IMG/VR virus record: IMGVR_UViG_3300037313_000101
Location: 1 to 36,988 of that record
Source of the DNA: a virus
Lineage: Duplodnaviria > Caudoviricetes
Reading direction: 5' to 3' (one strand)
Length of the DNA stretch: 36,988 bases
The position numbers and the translations under genes were made by a program. Below the pieces are notes generated by a model. That model saw nothing but the letters and a program-made list of their open reading frames with translations. It had not been told where the DNA came from and made no database searches. Below are positions 1 to 7,295 of this stretch, one piece after another (position 1 is the first letter of the stretch; each line of letters opens with the position of its first letter).

Positions 1-150
1 CCTGTCTCCAAATCCGATTCCAGACATACCTTTGGTCATTTCCCTGTCTGGATTGGTGTAGCCAGCCGTAGGCTCGCCAGTGTTGTCTGCAAACGCCAGT
101 ATGTCAGCGTAAATAACAGACTCCAAGGATTCTTTGGCGTAACGAGGCAT
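1..150 (-). CDS. hypothetical early protein, truncated by window edge (MPRYAKESLESVIY...)
   Basis: ATG at 150 overlaps the TAA of the upstream ORF; frame is open to position 1. Confidence 0.6.
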   Translation of the reverse strand, partial: MPRYAKESLESVIYADILAFADNTGEPTAGYTNPDREMTKGMSGIGFGDR

Positions 151-347
151 TATCGCCTCGTCAATGGTTGTTGCCCGATACGGCCAATGGTCCAGTAGGC
201 GCAGTCCTGATGCTTCACGCCCATACCATCCGTCCTTACAACAGGAACGTTGCAGGACGCCACATCATCCACTGAACGAGTGGCACAGCCGGGAAGAATG
301 CCTGCCAAGACAGCGCAGGCAACAACCAAAAGAATGGCTTTCAGCAT
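150..347 (-). CDS. small secreted/lipoprotein-like early protein
   Basis: Hydrophobic N-terminus ending ILPGC (imperfect lipobox); tightly packed with neighbours. Confidence 0.6.
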   Translation of the reverse strand: MLKAILLVVACAVLAGILPGCATRSVDDVASCNVPVVRTDGMGVKHQDCAYWTIGRIGQQPLTRR

Positions 348-493
348 GATAGCAATCTCCTTTCCTCGTCCTTGAGTTCCACTTGGCGCATACGGATACG
401 AGGCACATCCGGGTGCAATGGGTTAATCTCTCTCATGGCCCATGCATAAAAGTGTTGCAAGAGCCAGTTAATCATCAGTTTCAAAATCTTCAT
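341..493 (-). CDS. hypothetical early protein (MKILKLMINWLL...)
   Basis: ATGA overlap with the stop of 490..693 favours this start over 589. Confidence 0.55.
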   Translation of the reverse strand: MKILKLMINWLLQHFYAWAMREINPLHPDVPRIRMRQVELKDEERRLLSC

Positions 494-693
494 ATTGTCC
501 CTTGGCCGCGAGCGACAGGATTCTGCTGCCACCGAAAGTCGGTGCAATACACGACATGATGTTTCGCAGAACGATCCTTCTCGATCCACGAGCTCATCAC
601 CTTCATGATGTTGAACGGCAGATGCGAACAGTCGCGCTCACGATGAATGCATGTTGAACACATCCCGCCTTTGGGTTGGTATTCGTTCTTCAT
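490..693 (-). CDS. small Cys/His-rich protein (CxxC, possible Zn binding)
   Basis: YQPKGGMCSTC motif; operon packing. Confidence 0.65.
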   Translation of the reverse strand: MKNEYQPKGGMCSTCIHRERDCSHLPFNIMKVMSSWIEKDRSAKHHVVYCTDFRWQQNPVARGQGTI

Positions 694-699
694 GTTGTT

Positions 700-894
700 C
701 TAAAAGAGTTCGCACACTCGTTTCAGTTTATATTTCCGGCAATAGGCTTTCTGTTCGGAAGACTTGACAATGCTGTAACACTGAGACCTATTAGGGCCAA
801 CAACGCACCATCCACGCCCATATTCCGACCTACCGTACTCGATTACCTGCCTTACATTTGTCCAATCGAGTTCCAGCGGATTGATCTTGGTCAT
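700..894 (-). CDS. hypothetical early protein
   Basis: ORF track; ATG at 894 with GAGG upstream. Confidence 0.6.
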   Translation of the reverse strand: MTKINPLELDWTNVRQVIEYGRSEYGRGWCVVGPNRSQCYSIVKSSEQKAYCRKYKLKRVCELF

Positions 895-896
895 GG

Positions 897-1037
897 TCAA
901 CCTCTAACCAACAATACTAAGGCGGTAGCCGCCGTAGCTAGTAGCACTACAACCCATAAGGTCAGAATCAACGTCCATGGGTCTGACGCCCACCGGCAAC
1001 ACTCCCGTGCCAAACGGTCGATCATCAATTTCAGCAT
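897..1037 (-). CDS. 46-aa single-pass membrane protein (not in ORF track)
   Basis: AAGGA RBS; MLKLMIDRLARECCRWASDPWTLILTLWVVVLLATAATALVLLVRG; fills the gap between neighbours. Confidence 0.6.
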   Translation of the reverse strand: MLKLMIDRLARECCRWASDPWTLILTLWVVVLLATAATALVLLVRG

Positions 1038-1069
1038 GGCATCTTCCTTTAACTGGCTTTCTTATAAAC

Positions 1070-1085
1070 ATTAACAATAGTTAAT
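1070..1085. promoter_or_regulatory. 16-bp palindromic motif copy 1 (ATTAACAATAGTTAAT)
   Basis: Recurs at seven intergenic sites. Confidence 0.75.
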
Positions 1086-1091
1086 GCCCAT

Positions 1092-1124
1092 AAAAAAACC
1101 AGCCCGTTAGGACTGGTTCTCTTT
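1092..1124 (-). terminator. intrinsic terminator after the 296-aa gene
   Basis: Minus strand AACCAGTCC-TAAC-GGGCTGGTT followed by a T run. Confidence 0.8.
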
Positions 1125-1138
1125 GTTGCTGCGGCCTG

Positions 1139-2029
1139 TTACTTGGCGCGGGCAGTTGCACGCTCTGTCTTCTCGGCAGTCACACGTTCACCGCTGACAC
1201 CGGGTTTCAGCGCACGGCCGGACGGGGTGGCAGGCACTTGCCGCTTGGTCATATCTTCCACCAGTGAATCGGCGATGCTGCGCACGCCCTTGTTCCCCAT
1301 CTTTTCGGCAATGAAGAACAACAGTTGTTGAGTCAGCTTCTCGACGTCATGGATGGGCCGGTCCTTGATGAGTTCGAGGACGGAATCCCACAGCGGTTTC
1401 TCTTGGCGCTTGCGGCCACGCGCCGACTTGCGGGCAGTGGGCGAGGCAGACTCGACCGGCATCTGGTGACGCAAGATCGTGATCTCAGCCTGTTTGACTT
1501 CGGCCGGCTTCGACTCGTCAGACTCGATAGCCTTGATCCGCTCGTTGATCTTAGCCTGAGCTTCAGCAGCGGCTTGAGCCTTCAGCTTGTCACTGGCACC
1601 TAGCGAGATTTCCGCCCATGACTTGTCATAGTTCGGACGGTAGCCCGCTTCACAAGCCCGGCTCATGCGGTCCCACATTGACAGACGGTTGTAGATCGTG
1701 CGGTCAACGGTATTCGCTTCGAGGTACTTGGCAACCCCGAGCTTCACCTTGGCCGCTTCTTTGCCGATCAAGTCGCGGCGCTCATCCAACCCCTTGCGGA
1801 ATTCGAGATGATCCTCGCGAGCGCATTTCTCCAGCTCACGCAGACGGTCCTTGTAGCTGACCTCAGCTCGAAGCTCTGCCTGCGCTGACTCTTCGGCTTC
1901 CTTGATGAAGACCAGCGCCAGCCCAGCACCGTAGGCACCGGCCGCGCCTTTCGCAGAGACCTTCTTGCCTCTGGGCTGCTTCTCCACCATGTTGGTGGCA
2001 GAGATTTTCTTCACGATAGCTTTCGCCAT
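1139..2029 (-). CDS. 296-aa Ala/Lys/Glu-rich early protein, function unknown
   Basis: Long ORF with AAGGT RBS and its own terminator; GC-rich third positions. Confidence 0.85.
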   Translation of the reverse strand: MAKAIVKKISATNMVEKQPRGKKVSAKGAAGAYGAGLALVFIKEAEESAQAELRAEVSYKDRLRELEKCAREDHLEFRKGLDERRDLIGKEAAKVKLGVAKYLEANTVDRTIYNRLSMWDRMSRACEAGYRPNYDKSWAEISLGASDKLKAQAAAEAQAKINERIKAIESDESKPAEVKQAEITILRHQMPVESASPTARKSARGRKRQEKPLWDSVLELIKDRPIHDVEKLTQQLLFFIAEKMGNKGVRSIADSLVEDMTKRQVPATPSGRALKPGVSGERVTAEKTERATARAK

Positions 2030-2064
2030 GATTTACCTTTCAGGGCACCTAGCCCTAACCCGGG

Positions 2065-2080
2065 ATTAACAATTGTTAAT
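2065..2080. promoter_or_regulatory. 16-bp palindromic motif copy 2 (perfect palindrome ATTAACAATTGTTAAT)
   Basis: Direct sequence; in the leader of the 296-aa gene. Confidence 0.75.
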
Positions 2081-2230
2081 GGCCGCTATCCGGGAATCGA
2101 CCATCAAACGAGGAAAGCGCCTAGCTTTCCGACGTACTTACATTCTAGCTCAGGTGTGTTGTTACTAGGTGTTATATTTGGTAACAAGATGTAACTATCT
2201 CTTGACTGCCTAACGACAGTCAGCAGACAG

Positions 2231-2377
2231 CTAATTGATCCCGTGCCAGTATCGAAGTCTGTATGGCTTGATTTGTCTCGGCCAGATTGATCCGGTTAGG
2301 TCGGACGGTTCAGGAGGATAGCAGGGTATTTGGAAGAATCTCCAGTTAAACCTGCGCCTACGTTGTCTAAGTTTCAT
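2231..2377 (-). CDS. 48-aa Arg-rich peptide (not in ORF track)
   Basis: AAGAG upstream; MKLRQRRRRFNWRFFQIPCYPPEPSDLTGSIWPRQIKPYRLRYWHGIN. Confidence 0.45.
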   Translation of the reverse strand: MKLRQRRRRFNWRFFQIPCYPPEPSDLTGSIWPRQIKPYRLRYWHGIN

Positions 2378-2410
2378 AGCTTCTCTTAAGCAGGACCAAT
2401 TCGCAGGATA

Positions 2411-2668
2411 CTAACTGCAATTGAAGCAAATTCCATACCGAATCAACCATTTGATTTGGTACATGGCTGTATCGGATGTACTGCCGCAATCGAACCAGCA
2501 GAAATATTTGTCAGATTGACTGTCCTCAGGCACATAGAGATTGAAAATCAAAGGTGGCATCGGTGCATTTTCAGCCGAAACTGTCCATGTGCCGTCTTCA
2601 TGTTGGGTTGATTTGCAGGTAGTTGTAGCCAGCAAATCATCATAACTAAAAGTCACTTGCATACCCAT
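2411..2668 (-). CDS. hypothetical early protein
   Basis: ORF track; AGGA RBS. Confidence 0.6.
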   Translation of the reverse strand: MGMQVTFSYDDLLATTTCKSTQHEDGTWTVSAENAPMPPLIFNLYVPEDSQSDKYFCWFDCGSTSDTAMYQIKWLIRYGICFNCS

Positions 2669-2676
2669 GAGATTTC

Positions 2677-2862
2677 CTAAGCGGGATAGATTCCCAATTG
2701 TTGAGCCATGCTGTATGAATGCGCCAGCTTGGCAACGCGCAGTACAAGCCTGAGCTTGCGGGAAGCTTCAGACTCGTTAGGTTTGTACGGCTGACCACAA
2801 ACAGCACAAACCATCTGATGCCTGTGATTCAGCACATACTTGTGCTCATGCTGAGTTTGCAT
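2677..2862 (-). CDS. small early protein with CxxC (MQTQHEHK...)
   Basis: AAGGAG RBS before ATG at 2862. Confidence 0.65.
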   Translation of the reverse strand: MQTQHEHKYVLNHRHQMVCAVCGQPYKPNESEASRKLRLVLRVAKLAHSYSMAQQLGIYPA

Positions 2863-2952
2863 GTTAGCTCCTTTAGGCGTAATGCCCCTACTGCCCACTG
2901 TCACTAGGCAGATAGCGCACTGCTAGGGATTTACTGCTCCTAGCTCCATGCT

Positions 2953-2969
2953 ATTAACAAATTGTTAAT
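2953..2969. promoter_or_regulatory. palindromic motif copy 3 (17-bp variant ATTAACAAATTGTTAAT)
   Basis: Direct sequence. Confidence 0.7.
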
Positions 2970-3052
2970 GCCTTCGCCTTGCGGCTCATGGCGCTACCCT
3001 AGAGGTAGCGAGCTATTGCAGGCTAGATGACGATTCACCTAGCCATACTCGT

Positions 3053-3081
3053 ATTCTGACAGGAATCAATAACCCTGTCAA
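3053..3081 (-). promoter_or_regulatory. sigma70-type early promoter
   Basis: Minus strand TTGACA-17 bp-CAGAAT, overlapped by inverted repeat TGACAGG-N10-CCTGTCA. Confidence 0.6.
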
Positions 3082-3151
3082 CACTAAGGTCATTTAGGGT
3101 TTTCCCCTATTTCTAGATAGCTGTATTCCCTAGCGTGCAGCTAGGGCGGAT

Positions 3152-3167
3152 ATTAACAATAGTTAAT
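3152..3167. promoter_or_regulatory. palindromic motif copy 4
   Basis: ATTAACAATAGTTAAT. Confidence 0.75.
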
Positions 3168-3258
3168 CTCCCTTGGAAATGTGAATACCCTGTTGATAAG
3201 TAAATTCTGGAAACAGAGGTATTACATCCTAGAAAGCTCCAGAATGGCCTACAACGAG

Positions 3259-3267
3259 TTATCCACA
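3259..3267 (+). promoter_or_regulatory. DnaA-box consensus match
   Basis: TTATCCACA, only one copy seen, in the non-coding region. Confidence 0.35.
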
Positions 3268-3891
3268 GGCACCCTTATCCGGGTATTCCGAAGCCTAGAA
3301 AACGGCTGTAAAGCCCGTTTAAGGGCTTTTAATACCTATTTCGTAGTGAGTAAATAAACAGTGGTTTCACGGCCTAGTCTGCGCTATCTATTTGATAGCA
3401 AATGTTGTGTCTCCAACCACAGGTCGATCATCAAGCTCTAGCCCGCGCCAATACTTGATTCCAGCATTATTCAAGTATCAAAATCCTCACACTGAAGCTA
3501 TTAAACCATAAATATTTTAGGCTTAAATGAAATCTAGAATTTCAGGATTGGATAAATTGATTGAGGGAGGGGTGGGGGAAAAGATTGGGGATGGGAAAAT
3601 TGCGTAAGGCATCATGACAAATTTTTATAATTTTCCATAAAATGCCCGGTTAATGATTTAAAGGCTCTGTAAGCGATTTTAGTAATAGATGGCTATCTGG
3701 GTATAGGCAGGACTAAATAAACGGCTCTAAGGCCGTTTTAATCGGTTTTACAGGTATTTCTATCTGGTAGGCTCGCTACAACGCTCGCAGAGCGTTTAAA
3801 GAGCGATTTAGCGATAAGATCGCTCGCAGAGGCAGAAATGCCTCCTTAAAAGAAGAAAAGAAAGTAACATAAAGAAAAGAAGAAAATATAT

Positions 3892-3981
3892 AATACAAAT
3901 CCCTAAAGGATTTGTATTTATTAACAATAGTTAATAATAGAATCCCTTAAGGGATTCTATTTATATATATATATATATATA
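3892..3981. repeat. inverted repeat - motif copy 5 (3920-3935) - 26-bp perfect palindrome - (TA)10 tract
   Basis: AATACAAATCC-N5-GGATTTGTATT; ATTAACAATAGTTAAT; AATAGAATCCCTTAAGGGATTCTATT; TA repeat. Confidence 0.85.
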
Positions 3982-4075
3982 ATATTAATATAATATATAA
4001 AATAGCATAAATTCTGTAAAAGTCAAGGACTTTTTACAGATTTGTTAAATATTCCTGTTAAATGTCAATTTACTA

Positions 4076-4104
4076 TTGACATTTTGTTACAAATATGGTA
4101 TAAT
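4076..4104 (+). promoter_or_regulatory. consensus sigma70 promoter for the late/packaging operon
   Basis: TTGACA-17 bp-TATAAT with extended -10 TG. Confidence 0.85.
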
Positions 4105-4174
4105 ATAGATATAGGCTCACTAATTGTGAGCATTTTTTATTACATATCCTGTTCAACTCCGATAGGAGTCTTCA

Positions 4175-4393
4175 ATGAAGAAAACCATTGCTGCCTGTGT
4201 GGCAGCCACCTTGACCACCCTCGCTGCTATCTCGGGTGGATTCTACATTTACCAGCATTACACCTTCGTTGAAGGTTCCATCCTGTCGGATGAATTCATC
4301 AATTCTGAAATGCAGACCATCCAGAATGTTTATCGGTTGGGGGCTATGCAAGGTTACGCTGCTGGGCGAAAAGCCTGCAATTCTGATACTTAA
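4175..4393 (+). CDS. small membrane-anchored protein
   Basis: AGGAG RBS; N-terminal hydrophobic helix. Confidence 0.7.
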   Translation: MKKTIAACVAATLTTLAAISGGFYIYQHYTFVEGSILSDEFINSEMQTIQNVYRLGAMQGYAAGRKACNSDT

Positions 4394-4397
4394 GGTT

Positions 4398-5102
4398 ATG
4401 GATTTTAAAGAACGACTGAATAAAATCACCCTTCGGAATATGAAGGTCAAGCACGAAAAGAACAAGTCTTGGCCTATGGAAAAGAAGATTGAAGTGGTAT
4501 CTCAATGGCTTGTTATTGGGAACATGAAGCAGGTTGCTGCTATCACCGGAGTCTCTTACGACCTCATTCGGCAATGGAAAACACAACCTTGGTGGAAAGA
4601 ACTAGAACTTGAAATCCGCCAAACTCAGAACATTGAAATGGACACAAAGTTGTCCAAAATCGTTGATAAGTCCCTAGATGCTGTCCTTGATCGGGTGGAG
4701 AACGGGGACTTTATTTACGACCAAAAATCCGGTGAAATTAGGCGTAAACCTGCTGCTCTACGTGATATTCATCGTGTCGCTGTAGACACTGTAGAGAAGC
4801 GAGAACTCCTTCGTGGTAATGCCACTGAACGAAAAGAAGTAACCCAAATCTCCATTGAGGAGCAATTGAAATTACTGGCCGCTGAGTTTGCCAAATGGCA
4901 GAGTAAGCCTAAAGATGTTATTGAACTAGTGGAGGTCGAAGATGTGGAATATCGTGAAAACGATAATCCTACTGATTCACCTCGGAATGAAAGCGAGGTG
5001 AATCGTGCCGTATATGCGGAACGGGAAGAGGGACTACAAGAAGGAGAATCAGAAGTACAACTCTCGCCCAGAAGTGGTGAAGAAGAGGGAGGAGCGGAAT
5101 AA
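4398..5102 (+). CDS. putative terminase small subunit (HTH)
   Basis: HTH-like NMKQVAAITGVSYDLIRQWKTQPWW; upstream of terminase large subunit; start uncertain. Confidence 0.65.
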   Translation: MDFKERLNKITLRNMKVKHEKNKSWPMEKKIEVVSQWLVIGNMKQVAAITGVSYDLIRQWKTQPWWKELELEIRQTQNIEMDTKLSKIVDKSLDAVLDRVENGDFIYDQKSGEIRRKPAALRDIHRVAVDTVEKRELLRGNATERKEVTQISIEEQLKLLAAEFAKWQSKPKDVIELVEVEDVEYRENDNPTDSPRNESEVNRAVYAEREEGLQEGESEVQLSPRSGEEEGGAE

Positions 5103-5316
5103 CGCTCGTCGTCAATTAACTCGTGAAGGGTTAGTGCATAAAGGGGATGGTAAAGATGTTGACCACAAAAAACCTTTATCCACTGGAGGTTCTACTAGCC
5201 GAAGCAATCTACGTGTCGTACCTGCATCAGAGAACCGATCATTCTCCAGAAACAAAGACGGCTCTCTTAAATCCCAATATTCCAAAAAAGAACGAGCCTC
5301 TAGGAAACGTAAATGA
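5005..5316 (+). CDS. HNH endonuclease
   Basis: DVDHKKPLSTGG...NLRVV...NRS motif; GAGGTG RBS, GTG start. Confidence 0.85.
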   Translation: MPYMRNGKRDYKKENQKYNSRPEVVKKREERNNARRQLTREGLVHKGDGKDVDHKKPLSTGGSTSRSNLRVVPASENRSFSRNKDGSLKSQYSKKERASRKRK

Positions 5317-5759
5317 ATCCGTTATTCATCGGCCCATTAGCCGAGATAATCAAAACAGTAATCAGTAGGATTCTTCCTGAAGACCCTGAAAAGGCTGCTG
5401 AAGCTCAGTTAAAAGTGATGGAATTACAGCAGTCTGGAGAACTTGCTCAACTTACTGCTGAGACAGATTTAGCAAAAGCCCAATTACAAGTTAATGTCGC
5501 GGAAGCGCAGAACCCTAATTTATTTGTTTCTGGCTGGCGGCCTGCTATTGGTTGGGTAGCTGCTATTTCGTTATTTACTTATTATGTGCCTTATTGTCTT
5601 GTTGCTACGTATGTTTGGGCACATCAAGTTTATGTAACTGAAAAACTTGTTTCTCGTCCTGATCTTGGTATCACTGATCTTCTTGGTCTTGTAGCGGGTA
5701 TGCTTGGTATGGCTGGAATGCGTACCTTTGAGAAAATCAAAGGAGTTGCTGCCAAATAA
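5313..5759 (+). CDS. holin (GTA-type 3TM holin family)
   Basis: FVSGWRPAIGW and GMLGMAGMRTFEKIKG motifs; transmembrane segments. Confidence 0.8.
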   Translation: MNPLFIGPLAEIIKTVISRILPEDPEKAAEAQLKVMELQQSGELAQLTAETDLAKAQLQVNVAEAQNPNLFVSGWRPAIGWVAAISLFTYYVPYCLVATYVWAHQVYVTEKLVSRPDLGITDLLGLVAGMLGMAGMRTFEKIKGVAAK

Positions 5760-5769
5760 AGGAGAATGC

Positions 5770-7287
5770 ATGTTAACAGCGGATGTCATTGAAGGCTTCT
5801 CGGCCTCGTTGTTACAGAAGAACTTCGATGGCGCTGTTAAGTCTCCTGCTTGTCATAAAGAATGGTGGGCACTCTTTTGTAGTGAACACAAACAAGTTGC
5901 TATTGCTGCCCCACGAAGGCACGCAAAGACAACAGCGGTTACGCAAACCTGTGCATTAGCCGCTGCTTGTTTCCGGGAACGTGAGTACATCCTGATTGTG
6001 TCTGACACCATTACTCAGGCAGAACAGTTTCTCGGGGATATTAAATCAGAGTTAATGGAGAATGAGGCTTTACGAAGCCTCTTCAAAATCAAGGGATTCA
6101 TCAAGGAATCCCAAGATGATTTTATCTGTATCACGGAAGATGGTCATAAGTTCCGCATGTCCGCCAAGGGCGCGGAACAAAAACTTCGTGGTTTGAAATG
6201 GGACCATAAGCGTCCTGATCTAATTATTTGCGATGACCTTGAAAACGATGAAATCGTTATGAACAAGGAACGTCGTGCTAAATTTAAAAGATGGTTTTAT
6301 GCCGCATTGTTGCCTAGCTTGTCGTACAAGGGTAAGATCATGTATGTTGGGACGATTCTACACAATGACTCATTGTTGGAATCCCTTATGCCCAAACGCT
6401 TTGAAAAATACACAAATATTGAGCCACTTAAAACCTACTCCACTCGTCCAAAACCGGGTTGGAAGGCCGTAAAGTACCGGGCTCATACAGCAGACTTCTC
6501 CGATATTCTGTGGCCTGAGCAATACGACAGAGAATGGTTTATAACCAAACGACAGGAATATGTAGATCAAGGTCTTCCTGATGTTTATTCTCAGGAATTC
6601 CTGAATATTCCTTTAGATGAAAGTATTGCTTACTTTCGTCGGAATGATTTTAAAGATTTCACCGATCAAGATCGCTCAATCCTATCTAAACCTGATTGGA
6701 AAAAACACTTTAACTTTTACATTGCGACTGATTTAGCTGTTTCAACTAAAGAAGTAGCCGACTGGAGTGTTTTTACAGTAGGTGGTGTAGACGAGAATAA
6801 CATTCTGTATATTTTTGATGTTATTCGTGGGCGAATGGACTCCAAGGAGATTGTGGAAACATTACTTTCGTTAGAACGTATCTATCAACCTATCTGTATT
6901 TCTATGGAAAAAGGCCAAATTGAGAAATCAATTGGCCCATTTTTACGTCAGCAAATGCTAGAAACTAGCACATTTCCACATATTCTAACGATTGCTCCTT
7001 CTATGGATAAACTTACACGGGCTAGGTCAATTCAAGCTCGTATGAGAGCTGGCGCAGTTAAGTTTGATAAAAAAGAAGAATGGTTTTTTGAGCTGGAAGA
7101 AGAATGTACTTTGTTCCCGCGAGGAAAACATGATGACCAAGTTGATTCTCTAGCATATATTGGTTTAATTCTTGATCGAATGATTCAAGGACGTACTGAA
7201 CGTGAAATTGCAGATGAAGAATATGAAGAAGAATTTGAAGAATCTGGGCTTGTTGAAGCAGGCAGAAACACACACACTGGTTATTAA
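5770..7287 (+). CDS. terL: terminase large subunit
   Basis: Walker A-like APRRHAKTT, Walker B LIICDDLE, nuclease ATDLA and FPRGKHDDQVD; AAGGAG RBS before ATG 5770. Confidence 0.95.
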   Translation: MLTADVIEGFSASLLQKNFDGAVKSPACHKEWWALFCSEHKQVAIAAPRRHAKTTAVTQTCALAAACFREREYILIVSDTITQAEQFLGDIKSELMENEALRSLFKIKGFIKESQDDFICITEDGHKFRMSAKGAEQKLRGLKWDHKRPDLIICDDLENDEIVMNKERRAKFKRWFYAALLPSLSYKGKIMYVGTILHNDSLLESLMPKRFEKYTNIEPLKTYSTRPKPGWKAVKYRAHTADFSDILWPEQYDREWFITKRQEYVDQGLPDVYSQEFLNIPLDESIAYFRRNDFKDFTDQDRSILSKPDWKKHFNFYIATDLAVSTKEVADWSVFTVGGVDENNILYIFDVIRGRMDSKEIVETLLSLERIYQPICISMEKGQIEKSIGPFLRQQMLETSTFPHILTIAPSMDKLTRARSIQARMRAGAVKFDKKEEWFFELEEECTLFPRGKHDDQVDSLAYIGLILDRMIQGRTEREIADEEYEEEFEESGLVEAGRNTHTGY

Positions 7288-7295
7288 GGAGCCGT

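Noticed and set aside
676-1074. 132-aa plus-strand ORF
   Set aside because: Antisense to tightly packed minus-strand genes that have RBSs
1070-3935. ATTAAC repeats as a CRISPR array
   Set aside because: Repeats are only 16 bp, irregularly spaced by hundreds of bp with genes between them, and no cas genes are present
4236-4397. Upstream extension of the small terminase ORF
   Set aside because: Overlaps the 4175..4393 gene and lacks an RBS; ATG 4398 or later is preferred
5704-5769. Upstream TTG start of terL
   Set aside because: Overlaps the holin; AAGGAG points to ATG 5770
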